This document shows positions 54,697 through 64,000 of a DNA stretch of 64,000 nt, piece after piece. Below the pieces are notes generated by a model. The model saw only the letters and a program-made list of their open reading frames with translations. It searched no databases and was not told the origin of the DNA. How positions within the stretch are numbered: the first letter of the stretch is position 1; each line of letters begins with the position of its first letter. Origin of the DNA: a phage. The stretch lies in sequence record PV467748.1. One strand, written 5' to 3'. Both the position numbers and the translations under genes were made by a program.

Positions 54697-56507
54697 TGAA
54701 ACAAGACTTAAAAGTAGGTTCCGCTGTTGATGACGGGTCCGGTGATTACCTGCGTGCAGGTGGTCTTAAAATTAATAACAACTTCAATGAGCTTTATTAC
54801 CAATTAGGTGATGGCAACAACCCGCATGCAGCAGGCGCTTGGAAACAGCATTCTACTGCAGATGGTGCTTTGTTGAACGCTGTAATGGGTCATAGCTATA
54901 CACTTAATACTCAAGGTGGGCGTATTAACGTTCAGCTTCCTAAAGGCTCCCCTGAAGAATATAACTTTGTTATCCGTGTACGTGACGTGTATTCTTCATG
55001 GCAAGCTAACCCAGTAACCCTAATCCCTGCCACAGGTGATACCATTAAGGGTTCAGCTACTCAAGTAGAAATTGCTCGCAACTTCTCTGACCTTGAATTA
55101 GTTTATTGTGCGCCAGGACGTTGGGAATATGTTGAAAATAAGCAAGTAAACCGTATTCCAAATAACGACCTCGCTACTGTAGCAACTAAGCAGTTTATTG
55201 CCACTGAAGGCCAAACGGATTTTCTAGACATTTTCCCAGGGCTTTCTTATAACGTGGCGAGTTTAAGCGTTTCACAACGTGGTAACAATTTGTTCTACGG
55301 TGTTGATGATATTTTTGATGCTGCTACCGCAGAGTTCGGTTCTCCAGGTGCTCAACCAGGTGAATTGGTAGCTTTGAATGGTAAGGACATCCGTTTAAAA
55401 TATCCTTGTGAAGCCGGTGATACTGTTATTATCAAATCATATAATGACGGACTTGCCCAATGGCGTAGCTCTTATAACCGCCGTGATATAACAATCCAAA
55501 GTTCAGAATTGACTAAAAACGTTTCTGTTCCTGGTTCTTCTTTCGTCGGAGATTTGAATACTTCGCATGTTATATCGGCCGCTGATTTGAATATTTCTGT
55601 TAACAGCCCTATCAACCCAAATGCTTGTCAAGTCATGCTTAATAGCACATTACTTCATCAAGCTGGTACAGCTGGACTTCCTTCGTTTTATTGTGAAGGT
55701 GCTGATGGCCGTACTGCTACCGAGTGTTTTAATGCTGGTGGCCAATGGACCCAATCTAAATCAGACTATATTTTTAATTTGACTCCTGAAGATAAGATTG
55801 AATCCATCGAATTTGGACGTAACTTTGAACACGGTGATATTCTTACAGTAATTTGGTACAATAATGATATCGGTACCACCATGGAAATTGATGAGATTTT
55901 GGATTATACCAACAACATCTATATTTCTAAAGGGCCTTCTATCGATATAACAGGTCAAGTTCGTATCACTGATGTAGACAATCCTTTTGCACCTAACGTT
56001 GAACCGGTCGCCGCATCCAATATTACAATAGACACAGCAGCAACGTTTTTTGATTTGATTTATCCAATAGGAACCATCTATGAGAACACAGTGAACCCTA
56101 ATAACCCTAAAACTTATATGGGCTTTGGTTCATGGAAGCGTTTATCTGATGTGTTCTTAGTAGGTTGGTCTCCTGACGCTAGTTCTTTGTTTAATGCAAA
56201 TAACAACGATCTGGATTCTGCTGGTATTCCACAGTCAACTGCCGGTGGTACTGGTGGCGCTCATGTGGCTAATTTGAAATATGAGAATATCCCTGAACTT
56301 AATACCGATGATAAAGTCCTTATTGCTGATAACGATGGCCCTATTTTTGTAGGTGGATGTTTAGTTGACCCTGATTCACAAGGACCAGCTTATACAAAAT
56401 ATCGTGAAGATAAAGCCAGTATTAATAAGGCTCAAGGAACCACTCCTATCCCGGTTAATACTCTACCACCATACTTAACTGTTCATCGCTGGATGAGGAT
56501 TGCATAA
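54696..56507 (+). CDS. 10: baseplate wedge protein gp10
   Basis: 603-aa track ORF (T4 gp10 is 602 aa), correct position. Confidence 0.85.
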   Translation: MKQDLKVGSAVDDGSGDYLRAGGLKINNNFNELYYQLGDGNNPHAAGAWKQHSTADGALLNAVMGHSYTLNTQGGRINVQLPKGSPEEYNFVIRVRDVYSSWQANPVTLIPATGDTIKGSATQVEIARNFSDLELVYCAPGRWEYVENKQVNRIPNNDLATVATKQFIATEGQTDFLDIFPGLSYNVASLSVSQRGNNLFYGVDDIFDAATAEFGSPGAQPGELVALNGKDIRLKYPCEAGDTVIIKSYNDGLAQWRSSYNRRDITIQSSELTKNVSVPGSSFVGDLNTSHVISAADLNISVNSPINPNACQVMLNSTLLHQAGTAGLPSFYCEGADGRTATECFNAGGQWTQSKSDYIFNLTPEDKIESIEFGRNFEHGDILTVIWYNNDIGTTMEIDEILDYTNNIYISKGPSIDITGQVRITDVDNPFAPNVEPVAASNITIDTAATFFDLIYPIGTIYENTVNPNNPKTYMGFGSWKRLSDVFLVGWSPDASSLFNANNNDLDSAGIPQSTAGGTGGAHVANLKYENIPELNTDDKVLIADNDGPIFVGGCLVDPDSQGPAYTKYREDKASINKAQGTTPIPVNTLPPYLTVHRWMRIA

Positions 56508-57172
56508 TGACTTTAACTGAAATGAAAAGCGGGTTAAAATCCCGCTTAGCCGATTATTTGGAATTATCTTACACTAGTGACAAGCCTACTGCTGTCGCTG
56601 ACCAACGTCCTATCGGTGGGCCTTCTGCAAACCAAACCCAGAAGGGTGTTTATTTTCCTACAGTCCAAAGTGCAATAGATGATATTGCATTTAGAACAGA
56701 GCTTCCTGTGAACTCTGTTATTATTACCACAGAAAACAGAGCACCTGGATTTATTCAGCAATCTGATAAAATTACATTTACCGGTTCTATTTCTTCAGGT
56801 GGTGAACTTGGCGACCCGGTTATTATTAAAGTGTTCGGACTTCCTGTAGAGGTCTTAGTTGGCGATTCATCTGTATTGGTTGCATCTAAAGTAAATGATG
56901 TGTTTTTAGACGCTATTGCTAATAGCTATATTTTAGCCGAAACTGCTATTGATGCCTTAGACCAATCTACCTTGAATATTAAATACAATGACTATCAGAA
57001 TCATATTTTTTCACCATATAAACAATCGGGTTGTACAATTTCCCATACTATAGTCCAACAGCCAAGGGCTGGATACGGTAAGTGGGAATACTTAGGTAAC
57101 TCTACCCAATCGTTAGCAGGTGGTACAGTTAACGGCACGATTCCTTTATATTACTATAAGAGATTATATTAA
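56507..57172 (+). CDS. 11: baseplate wedge protein gp11 (short tail fibre attachment)
   Basis: 221-aa track ORF (T4 gp11 is 219 aa), correct position. Confidence 0.85.
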   Translation: MTLTEMKSGLKSRLADYLELSYTSDKPTAVADQRPIGGPSANQTQKGVYFPTVQSAIDDIAFRTELPVNSVIITTENRAPGFIQQSDKITFTGSISSGGELGDPVIIKVFGLPVEVLVGDSSVLVASKVNDVFLDAIANSYILAETAIDALDQSTLNIKYNDYQNHIFSPYKQSGCTISHTIVQQPRAGYGKWEYLGNSTQSLAGGTVNGTIPLYYYKRLY

Positions 57173-58698
57173 TGTCAACAAACACACTAAAACACATTAG
57201 TGATAAATCGGAATTCAAATCATTCGACCCTACTGGGTCGAATTTCCCGCCTGATATTACTAATGTTCAAGAAGCATTGGCAACTATTTCATTAATCGGC
57301 GTCACAGGTAATGTTCCTTCAGCTACAGAAACGTCCCAAGGCATTATTCGTCTTGCCACAACACAAGAAGTAATGGATGGTCTGGATGCTTATAGTGCAG
57401 TGACACCAGCAACTTTAAAAGCTCGTTTAGATATTCCTACTCAGGCAACAGAAACTTATGTAGGTATCACCCGTTATGCTACTAATGCTGAAGCTATAGC
57501 AGGCACAGAGCCCCAGGCTGCAATCGTAGCAACCTCTTTGAAAGCGGTAATGGATTATACATTTGAGAACCGTTTATCAACAGAGAACGCCACAGGCGTT
57601 ATCAAGATTTCAACTACACCTGCCGCATTAGCTGGTACCGACGATACCACAGCAATGACCCCACTTAAAGTATCGCAAGCAATTGGCGCGGCCACAGCGG
57701 CGTTACCGGTTTATTCTACAGCAACGACCACAAATGAAGGTTTGGTTCGTTTAGCTACTAATGCTGAAGTTGGCAATGGAAGTCTTTCGGTAGGTATTGC
57801 TATTTCTCCAGCCGGATTAGCCACATTAACTTCCACCGAAGCTCGAAGCGGTATTATTAAACTCGCTGGTTGGGATATGGTATCTAATGGTACCGACCAC
57901 ACTGCCGCTGTTACACCGGCTTCTTTGTTAGCTCGTACAGGTAATACCGGACGTATTGGGTTGGTTCGTTTATCTACTACCGTAGGTCAAGGTGATGGTA
58001 ATACAGCACTGGCTTATAATGCTAACGTTATTTCTACTTCAGGTGGTGAAATATGGGGTACTTTAAACGTTAATGGCGCGTTACGTCGTAACGGTGTTGA
58101 TGTTGTTACACATGACCAATTATCAGATAGCGTTCCGGTAGGTACTATTTGTATGTGGGGTGGCAATGAAGGTAATATACCTGGTAAATGGCGAGCTTGT
58201 GTAGGTGGGACTTATACTGGCGGTGCATATTTAAATGCTGTTGGTGGGCGTTGGGGATGGTGGGGTGCTATTCCAGATTTCCGTGGATTATATCCTCGTG
58301 GCGCTAACATGGTTGGTGGATATTCTGAAGGCGAAGTTAACCCACATATTGCTGGTAACCGAGGACAAGACGGTAAAGGTAAAGCCCGTTTAGGTAACGG
58401 TGTCGGTTCGTTCCCACAATCTTCCGTTCAAGCCCAAGCATTACGTTATCATAAACATGCCGGTGGTTTTGGTGAACATGATAACTATGGCGCTTTTGGT
58501 AACACCGCTAACTCCGGGTATGTTGGTACTCGTAAAGGCCTTGACTGGGATAACCGTAGTTATTATACCAACGAAGGTTTTGAGACCACCGATCCTTGGA
58601 ACCGTGATGGACATACCACATTGAATAGTGAAGGTCTTATTGCCAACGAAACACGTCCATGGACAATGTCCGTTCTTTTTATTATTAAAGTAGAATAA
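57172..58698 (+). CDS. 12: short tail fibre protein gp12
   Basis: 508-aa track ORF with repeated ATxxGxIRLAT-type motifs and a C-terminal His-rich knob region (RYHKHAGG). Confidence 0.85.
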   Translation: MSTNTLKHISDKSEFKSFDPTGSNFPPDITNVQEALATISLIGVTGNVPSATETSQGIIRLATTQEVMDGLDAYSAVTPATLKARLDIPTQATETYVGITRYATNAEAIAGTEPQAAIVATSLKAVMDYTFENRLSTENATGVIKISTTPAALAGTDDTTAMTPLKVSQAIGAATAALPVYSTATTTNEGLVRLATNAEVGNGSLSVGIAISPAGLATLTSTEARSGIIKLAGWDMVSNGTDHTAAVTPASLLARTGNTGRIGLVRLSTTVGQGDGNTALAYNANVISTSGGEIWGTLNVNGALRRNGVDVVTHDQLSDSVPVGTICMWGGNEGNIPGKWRACVGGTYTGGAYLNAVGGRWGWWGAIPDFRGLYPRGANMVGGYSEGEVNPHIAGNRGQDGKGKARLGNGVGSFPQSSVQAQALRYHKHAGGFGEHDNYGAFGNTANSGYVGTRKGLDWDNRSYYTNEGFETTDPWNRDGHTTLNSEGLIANETRPWTMSVLFIIKVE

Positions 58699-58707
58699 GG
58701 GTAAAAA

Positions 58708-60297
58708 ATGATTAACAAATTGGAACTTAGTGAGTTACCATTTGTTGACGGCGTACCTGATGCTCCTCAAAAGCGTATCCAATGGATACGCGAGGGTGAT
58801 TGTATGTCTGCAGCAAAAACAAAATACGGCAATGAAGGTAATTTGAACGCTGCTGCTTTAGGAGTTCAGAAAAACGTTGAAGCTCTTGATGCGAATGATT
58901 TGAAAACCGCAGATAAAGTTAACGAACTGGTAGAAAACGTTAATAATATCAATGATGCCTTAGAAATGGCTACGGATATTTCCGTCATCCAACAAATTGA
59001 GAAAAACCGTGTTGATATCGTAGAGCTTAAGAGAGTAGAAGGCGAAACCACTACTGGGCTAAACAATTTAACCATAAATTTCGACCACCTAAAAGAAGAC
59101 GTTGGTTACCATGACCCTTTACAAGATGGCCCATATTTAACTGTACGTGAAAATATTGTTCTTCTTAAAACCGAAATAGGTCATTATGAAAACCAGGATA
59201 TAAATGGTAATCCGTTGCCTCCTGGTGAAACCAGTGAAGCCACCGGTATGAAACGTCGCATCATTGATAATACCACTCAATTGGTCGACCATCGTCTTCG
59301 CATTGATACCCTTGAAAGGAATTATGAAGATTCTGACGTCGGGCAACTAGGTATTAAATTAAATGAAATTCGTGCTGAACTTGGCCCTCATTCTGATACT
59401 GTAGGTAAACAACAGGCTTATACCCGAATTTCTGTATTAGAAACGGCTGCAATTAATTTCAATACATCTATCGACGAAATTAAGACTAATATTGATTTCT
59501 CCGGTATGCCTATAAAGGACCGAGTAACTACTTTAGAAAACAAAACTCTTACCCTAGAAAATTCAGTCAACGTTGATTTAAAACCTCGTGTAACATCAAT
59601 TGAAACCCAAATAGGTTCTGAATCAACTCCTACTTCTATTAATGGACGTTTAAGCGGTCTTCGTACTGATGTAAATGACCTTAAAACCATAGTGGGTGTT
59701 AGTTCAAGTGATGGCTTACGTTTCCAAGTTACTGATATCAACCGCCGTTTAGGTAGTGAAGTATCTCCGGCAGCTGGGACCGTTAATAAGCGTTTAAATG
59801 ACGTTATTATCCAAGCAAACCAATCTACTTCATCTATCCAGGATATTCAAGTAGAAATTGGAAATAACCAATCCGGTATTAAGGGTACTTTACTTAAACT
59901 CACCAATAAGGTTGACGGGACAAACCCTAACGGTACTACTGTAGAAGAACGTGGTCTTATTAATGCGGTTACTTCTTTAGAAACCCAGATGTTAGGTAAG
60001 TTGAATGATGCCCCTTCCGATGGTAAGCTTTATGCTCGTCGTAATGCTACGTGGACCGAAGTTCCTAACGTTTCTACTGAAATAGGGACCGTTAAAGCTG
60101 ATTTAGTTGTTACCGATGGTAATGTGGCAGCTTTAACTTCTAGAGTTACTACGGCAGAAGATAAAATCACTGCATTAGAAACTGAACTTGCTAAACGTCC
60201 GCCAGTGGCTCCTGTTGCTGATGGACTTCCGTATGTTCTGGTTGATAATGCGTGGGTGCTATTGTCAGATTTTGTGACTTTAAACCCATCACCATAA
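58708..60297 (+). CDS. wac: fibritin (whisker) Wac
   Basis: 529-aa track ORF with N-terminal LPFVDG motif, long coiled-coil body and foldon-like C-terminus (DGLPYVLVDNAWVLLSDFV). Confidence 0.85.
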   Translation: MINKLELSELPFVDGVPDAPQKRIQWIREGDCMSAAKTKYGNEGNLNAAALGVQKNVEALDANDLKTADKVNELVENVNNINDALEMATDISVIQQIEKNRVDIVELKRVEGETTTGLNNLTINFDHLKEDVGYHDPLQDGPYLTVRENIVLLKTEIGHYENQDINGNPLPPGETSEATGMKRRIIDNTTQLVDHRLRIDTLERNYEDSDVGQLGIKLNEIRAELGPHSDTVGKQQAYTRISVLETAAINFNTSIDEIKTNIDFSGMPIKDRVTTLENKTLTLENSVNVDLKPRVTSIETQIGSESTPTSINGRLSGLRTDVNDLKTIVGVSSSDGLRFQVTDINRRLGSEVSPAAGTVNKRLNDVIIQANQSTSSIQDIQVEIGNNQSGIKGTLLKLTNKVDGTNPNGTTVEERGLINAVTSLETQMLGKLNDAPSDGKLYARRNATWTEVPNVSTEIGTVKADLVVTDGNVAALTSRVTTAEDKITALETELAKRPPVAPVADGLPYVLVDNAWVLLSDFVTLNPSP

Positions 60298-60299
60298 TA

Positions 60300-60319
60300 A
60301 AGGGCTTCGGCCCTTTTTT
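60300..60319 (+). terminator. intrinsic terminator (AGGGC-TTCG-GCCCT then T6)
   Basis: Plus agggcttcggcccttttttg immediately after wac. Confidence 0.7.
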
Positions 60320-60321
60320 GC

Positions 60322-60329
60322 TATAAATA
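60322..60329 (+). promoter_or_regulatory. late promoter TATAAATA for gene 13
   Basis: Exact TATAAATA about 21 nt upstream of the gp13 ATG. Confidence 0.7.
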
Positions 60330-60350
60330 CGGTTATTAGAGGAATAAACC

Positions 60351-61286
60351 ATGGCAAGTGAATCATATAACCCTAAGCAACTCAAGGACGCAATCCTGCG
60401 CCGCCTGGGTGCACCGATTACGAATATTGAAGTAACTACAGACCAAGTATACGATTGCATCCAGCGCGCCCTGGAGCTCTACGGTGAGTATCATTATAAC
60501 GGCTATAACAAAGGTTATCAGGCTTTTTATATAGGTCATGATGATGAAGAAAAATTCCGTAACGGCGTATTTGACCTTAAAGGTCGTAATATATTTGCAG
60601 TGACACAAATTTTAAGAACCAATGTGGGTTCTTTAACATCTATGGACGGTCAAGCGACTTATCCATGGTTTACTGATTTTGTATTGGGCCTAGCTGGTAT
60701 TAATGGTGGTCTTGGAACTTCTTGTAATAGCTTTGGACCTAATGCCTTCGGTGCTGACCTCGGTTATTTTACCCAACTGATGCAATATCGTTCTATGATG
60801 CAGGACCTTTTGGTTCCATTGCCTGATTATTGGTATAACGATGCCACCGAACAATTGAAGGTAATGGGCAACTTTGTTAAAGGCGACTTTATTGTAATTG
60901 AAGTTTATACCCGTTCATTTAATGGCGTTGATTCCATGGTTGGGAATACAGCAGGATATGGATATGCTTCTGGTGGCTGTGACGAAAATGAATGGAGCCC
61001 TGGGGCTATTTGGGATAACCCGGCTCGTCGTATTTCAGGTATGAGGGCAGGTGAAGACCTTGGTTTGCAAGATGGTTCATATAATAACCGTTGGGTCAAA
61101 GATTATGCCACGGCATTGGTTAAAGAAGTCAATGGTAATATTTTGGCCAAACACCAAGGCATGCAACTTGCGGGTGGAACCACTGTAGATGGTATTCGAT
61201 TGATTGAAGAAGCCCGTTTAGAAAAAGAACGTCTTCGCGAAGAATTAGATTTACTCGACCCACCAACACCTATTTTAATTGGATAA
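60351..61286 (+). CDS. 13: neck protein gp13
   Basis: 311-aa track ORF (T4 gp13 is 309 aa), correct position after wac. Confidence 0.85.
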   Translation: MASESYNPKQLKDAILRRLGAPITNIEVTTDQVYDCIQRALELYGEYHYNGYNKGYQAFYIGHDDEEKFRNGVFDLKGRNIFAVTQILRTNVGSLTSMDGQATYPWFTDFVLGLAGINGGLGTSCNSFGPNAFGADLGYFTQLMQYRSMMQDLLVPLPDYWYNDATEQLKVMGNFVKGDFIVIEVYTRSFNGVDSMVGNTAGYGYASGGCDENEWSPGAIWDNPARRISGMRAGEDLGLQDGSYNNRWVKDYATALVKEVNGNILAKHQGMQLAGGTTVDGIRLIEEARLEKERLREELDLLDPPTPILIG

Positions 61287-61288
61287 TT

Positions 61289-61933
61289 ATGAACTATAAT
61301 AAGATTTACAAATCTTTAATAAATAAGGGCCTCGAAAGAGGTCTAAATAAAAAGAAGGTAGGGTTTTATACAGAGAAGCATCATATTGTCCCTAAATCCA
61401 TGGGTGGTAGTGAAGACAAATCCAATTTTGTCCTTTTAACCGCTAGAGAACATTTTGTAGCTCATCAATTATTGTATAAAATACACAAAAACCGTTCTAT
61501 GGCCCATGCTATGATTAATATGTGTGCTGATAGCACAGGTAATAGGGTTAATTCTAAGTTATTAGATTGGCACCGTAAAGCTAAGGCTAAGGCCCAAAGT
61601 GAGATGGTTTCAGGTGAAAACCATCCTATGTATAACAAGAAACATAAAAAAGAAACATTAGAAAAAATGAGATTGGCCAAATTAGGCGTCCCATGGACTG
61701 AAGAAGTTAAGGAATCTAGAAGAGAAGAATTACTTAAAACCTCTGAACACGCTAGGACTTTCATCGACTATAAATCTGGCGGAGAAAATTCAGCCGCAAA
61801 GAAAATATGTATAGAAGGTATAGTATTTGATTATATGGAAGAAGCGGTTCCTTGGTGTAATATATCAAGAAGAACTCTTTTAAATAGAATCAAATCTTCA
61901 GACCCTAAATGGAGGGATTGGAATTATGTCTAA
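61289..61933 (+). mobile_element. free-standing HNH homing endonuclease gene inserted between genes 13 and 14
   Basis: 214-aa track ORF with HNH motif EKHHIVPKSMGGSEDKSNFVLLTAREHFVAH and NUMOD-like GENHPMYNKKHKKETLEKMRLAKLG; no gene occupies this junction in T4. Confidence 0.7.
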
Positions 61934-62702
61934 CACTTTTGATTCAAGCTTATTTGCTAGGCTTGAGGATGGTTCAGGTTACGTTAATACAAATAAAAGC
62001 GAAATTCTCAATCCGTTCGTCAACTTTTATCGCCATGAGAATACTCAAACATTGGCCGATGCTTTAGTTGCAGAATCTATCCAAATGAGGGGAATTCCTT
62101 TATATTATATCCCTAGACAGTATGTTAAGCCTGACCAATTGTTCGGCGAAGACCTCCAAAACAAGTTTACAGTGGCCTGGAAATTTGCAGGGTATTTGGA
62201 TTCCTTTGAAGGTTATTCCGGTGACAATACTTATTTCAGTAAGTTCGGTATGATGGTTAATGATGAAGTAACAATCACAATTAACCCTAACCTTTTTAAA
62301 CATCAATGCAATGGCACTGAACCTGTTTCAGGCGATTTGATTTATTTCCCAATGGACAACAGCCTATTCGAAATTAACTGGGTACAACCTTACGACCCAT
62401 TCTATCAAGTAGGAGCTAACGTCCAGCGTCGCATCACTGCTACCAAGTTCATTTACAATGGTGAAGAACTTCGTCCTGAATTACAGAGAAATGAAGGTAT
62501 TAATATTCCTGAGTTTAGTGAGCTTGATTTAATGCCCGTTAAGAATATCGACGGATTGGCTGATATCTCCGACATTCAATACGAAGAGGTCAATGAGATT
62601 AATGCTGAAGCGGCTGAATTCGTACATCCTTATGTTGTAATTAATGGACGAGGAGAGGATGCTCCTCCTACAGCATTTGATGATGCTTTTTTAGATGATT
62701 AA
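61926..62702 (+). CDS. 14: neck protein gp14
   Basis: 258-aa track ORF (T4 gp14 is 256 aa). Confidence 0.85.
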   Translation: MSNTFDSSLFARLEDGSGYVNTNKSEILNPFVNFYRHENTQTLADALVAESIQMRGIPLYYIPRQYVKPDQLFGEDLQNKFTVAWKFAGYLDSFEGYSGDNTYFSKFGMMVNDEVTITINPNLFKHQCNGTEPVSGDLIYFPMDNSLFEINWVQPYDPFYQVGANVQRRITATKFIYNGEELRPELQRNEGINIPEFSELDLMPVKNIDGLADISDIQYEEVNEINAEAAEFVHPYVVINGRGEDAPPTAFDDAFLDD

Positions 62703-62710
62703 ATAATACA

Positions 62711-62732
62711 TGGCGCATGGTGCGCCATTTTA
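62711..62732 (+). terminator. stem-loop (ATGGCGCA-TGG-TGCGCCAT then TTTT) after gene 14
   Basis: Plus atggcgcatggtgcgccatttt, followed by SD AGGAGG of gene 15. Confidence 0.5.
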
Positions 62733-62741
62733 GGAGGTTTG

Positions 62742-63608
62742 ATGTTTGGACATTGGTATAATAGTTCGCTACGTCGCTATATTGTTTTGATGGGTGATTT
62801 ATTTTCCCATGTTCAAGTAGCACGTCAAAGAGAAGATACAGGACTTAAATTTATTAAGGTTCCTATTACATATGCTTCTAAAGAAAGATTTATGGCTAAC
62901 TTAGGTAAATGGACGGCAGTACAGAATATTCCAAATCCTAATATGACAGCTAAAGAACGGGCCGAACAAAAAGCTAAAGTGGAAACAGTTCTTCCGCGTA
63001 TGAACCTCCAAATGGTTGATATGCTTTACAACTCACAATATAAAACGGCCCTTCAAAACAGAACACAAATTCAATTTGAGAATGGCGACCCACGTAAGCG
63101 TGTCAGCCAATATTCTCCTACTCCGGTTAAAATGATTTTCGAACTGGGTATTTACACTAGAACCCAAGATGATATGTTCCAAATTGTAGAACAGATTATG
63201 CCTTATTTCCAACCTCACTTCAATACAACTATCACTGAACTCTATACAAACGAAATTAAATTTGACCGTGATATCCGTATTGTGTTCCAATCTATAGCAA
63301 TGGATGAACAATTAGAAGGTGATACCACTTCTAGACGTCGCTTAGAGTGGTCTATGATGTTTGAGGTTAATGGTTGGTTATATCCTCCTGTGAAGGAAAT
63401 GGAAGGCGAAATTAAAACCATTTATCTTGATTTCTTTGCCAACTCAAAGGAACTCGCTCCTGAAGGTAATTTCGAATCGGTTGATAGCGAAGTGGTTCCT
63501 AGAGGTGTAGAAGAAAAAGAATGGGACGGTAGGTCCATTCAAACATATTCACAAGATATTCCAGTGCCTGTCGAGCCAGCGCCTCCAGCACCAAGGAGAA
63601 ACCCATGA
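62742..63608 (+). CDS. 15: tail sheath stabiliser and completion protein gp15
   Basis: Track ORF 62739..63608 starts at TTG; ATG one codon later; SD AGGAGG; position after gp14. Confidence 0.85.
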   Translation: MFGHWYNSSLRRYIVLMGDLFSHVQVARQREDTGLKFIKVPITYASKERFMANLGKWTAVQNIPNPNMTAKERAEQKAKVETVLPRMNLQMVDMLYNSQYKTALQNRTQIQFENGDPRKRVSQYSPTPVKMIFELGIYTRTQDDMFQIVEQIMPYFQPHFNTTITELYTNEIKFDRDIRIVFQSIAMDEQLEGDTTSRRRLEWSMMFEVNGWLYPPVKEMEGEIKTIYLDFFANSKELAPEGNFESVDSEVVPRGVEEKEWDGRSIQTYSQDIPVPVEPAPPAPRRNP

Positions 63609-64000
63609 GCGATTTAGATATCAGTAAATTAATGGATATTACCGACCTCCCTGGCTTGTCCGGGGAGGAAGTTACAGCCTACGAACCATTAGTATTAAAG
63701 GAAGTGGAAAGTAATCCACAAAACCGAACTCCAGATTTAGAAGATGACTATTCAGTGGTTCGTAGAAACTTACACTTCCAGCAGCAGATGTTAATGGATG
63801 CAGGTAAAATATTTTTAGAAGCCGCTAAGAACGCAGAATCACCACGCCATATGGAAGTATTTGCCACATTAATGGGTCAGATGACTACCACTAACAAAGA
63901 GCTTTTAAAACTTCATAAAGAAATGAAAGATATTACCGCTGAACAAATCGGTACTAAAGGTGGAGAGCCTAATCAAACTAATATCCAAAATGCTACTATT
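63605..64000 (+). CDS. 16: terminase small subunit gp16, N-terminal part (gene runs off the window)
   Basis: Hand translation [114 protein letters not shown]... matching recalled T4 gp16; ATG overlaps the gp15 stop. Confidence 0.85.
   Translation, partial: MSDLDISKLMDITDLPGLSGEEVTAYEPLVLKEVESNPQNRTPDLEDDYSVVRRNLHFQQQMLMDAGKIFLEAAKNAESPRHMEVFATLMGQMTTTNKELLKLHKEMKDITAEQIGTKGGEPNQTNIQNATI

Noticed and set aside
44883-62306. Minus-strand track ORFs inside the late baseplate genes (for example 44883..45083, 45192..45521, 49157..49429, 51779..52105, 60191..60608, 62100..62306)
   Set aside because: Antisense to long conserved structural genes, low-complexity translations, no promoters or RBS; treated as frame noise.

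Overview
This window is a T4-like (T-even, Tequatrovirus-type) phage genome segment, in the same orientation as the T4 map. Positions 1-43200 are minus-strand early and middle genes: 45 (partial), 46, 47, 55, a glutaredoxin-like gene, 49, nrdC, tk, rI, regB, denV, internal-protein genes, e, nudE, a tRNA locus, 57B/Acb1, 57A, 1, 3, 2 and 4, interleaved with many small hypothetical ORFs. Positions 43243-64000 are the plus-strand late baseplate and neck module: 53, 5, 6-12, wac, 13, 14, 15 and the start of 16. Gene calls rest on recalled similarity to T4 proteins, motifs, gene order and ribosome-binding-site geometry; no database search was run. The most unusual features are: (1) an uncharacterised 687-aa ORF between gp5 and gp6 where T4 has the small 5.1-5.4 genes; (2) six genes that begin with the T4 capsid-targeting sequence (MKTYxEF[IL][AT]E) but have unrelated bodies, candidate injected internal proteins, two of them directly upstream of Acb1; (3) at least 13 copies of a near-identical early-promoter cassette whose inverted-repeat arms co-vary and enclose the downstream Shine-Dalgarno sequence; (4) a perfect 127-bp tandem duplication that frameshifts a ~280-aa gene; (5) small paralogous gene families, a macro-domain protein, a nucleotidyltransferase-fold protein, and two free-standing homing endonucleases (GIY-YIG beside tk, HNH between 13 and 14). 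Relative to T4 gene order, a-gt and nrdD/nrdG are absent. Several track ORFs start at TTG or GTG and were trimmed to the first plausible ATG. Hand-indexed coordinates of promoters, terminators, RNAs and repeats may be off by 1-2 nt.
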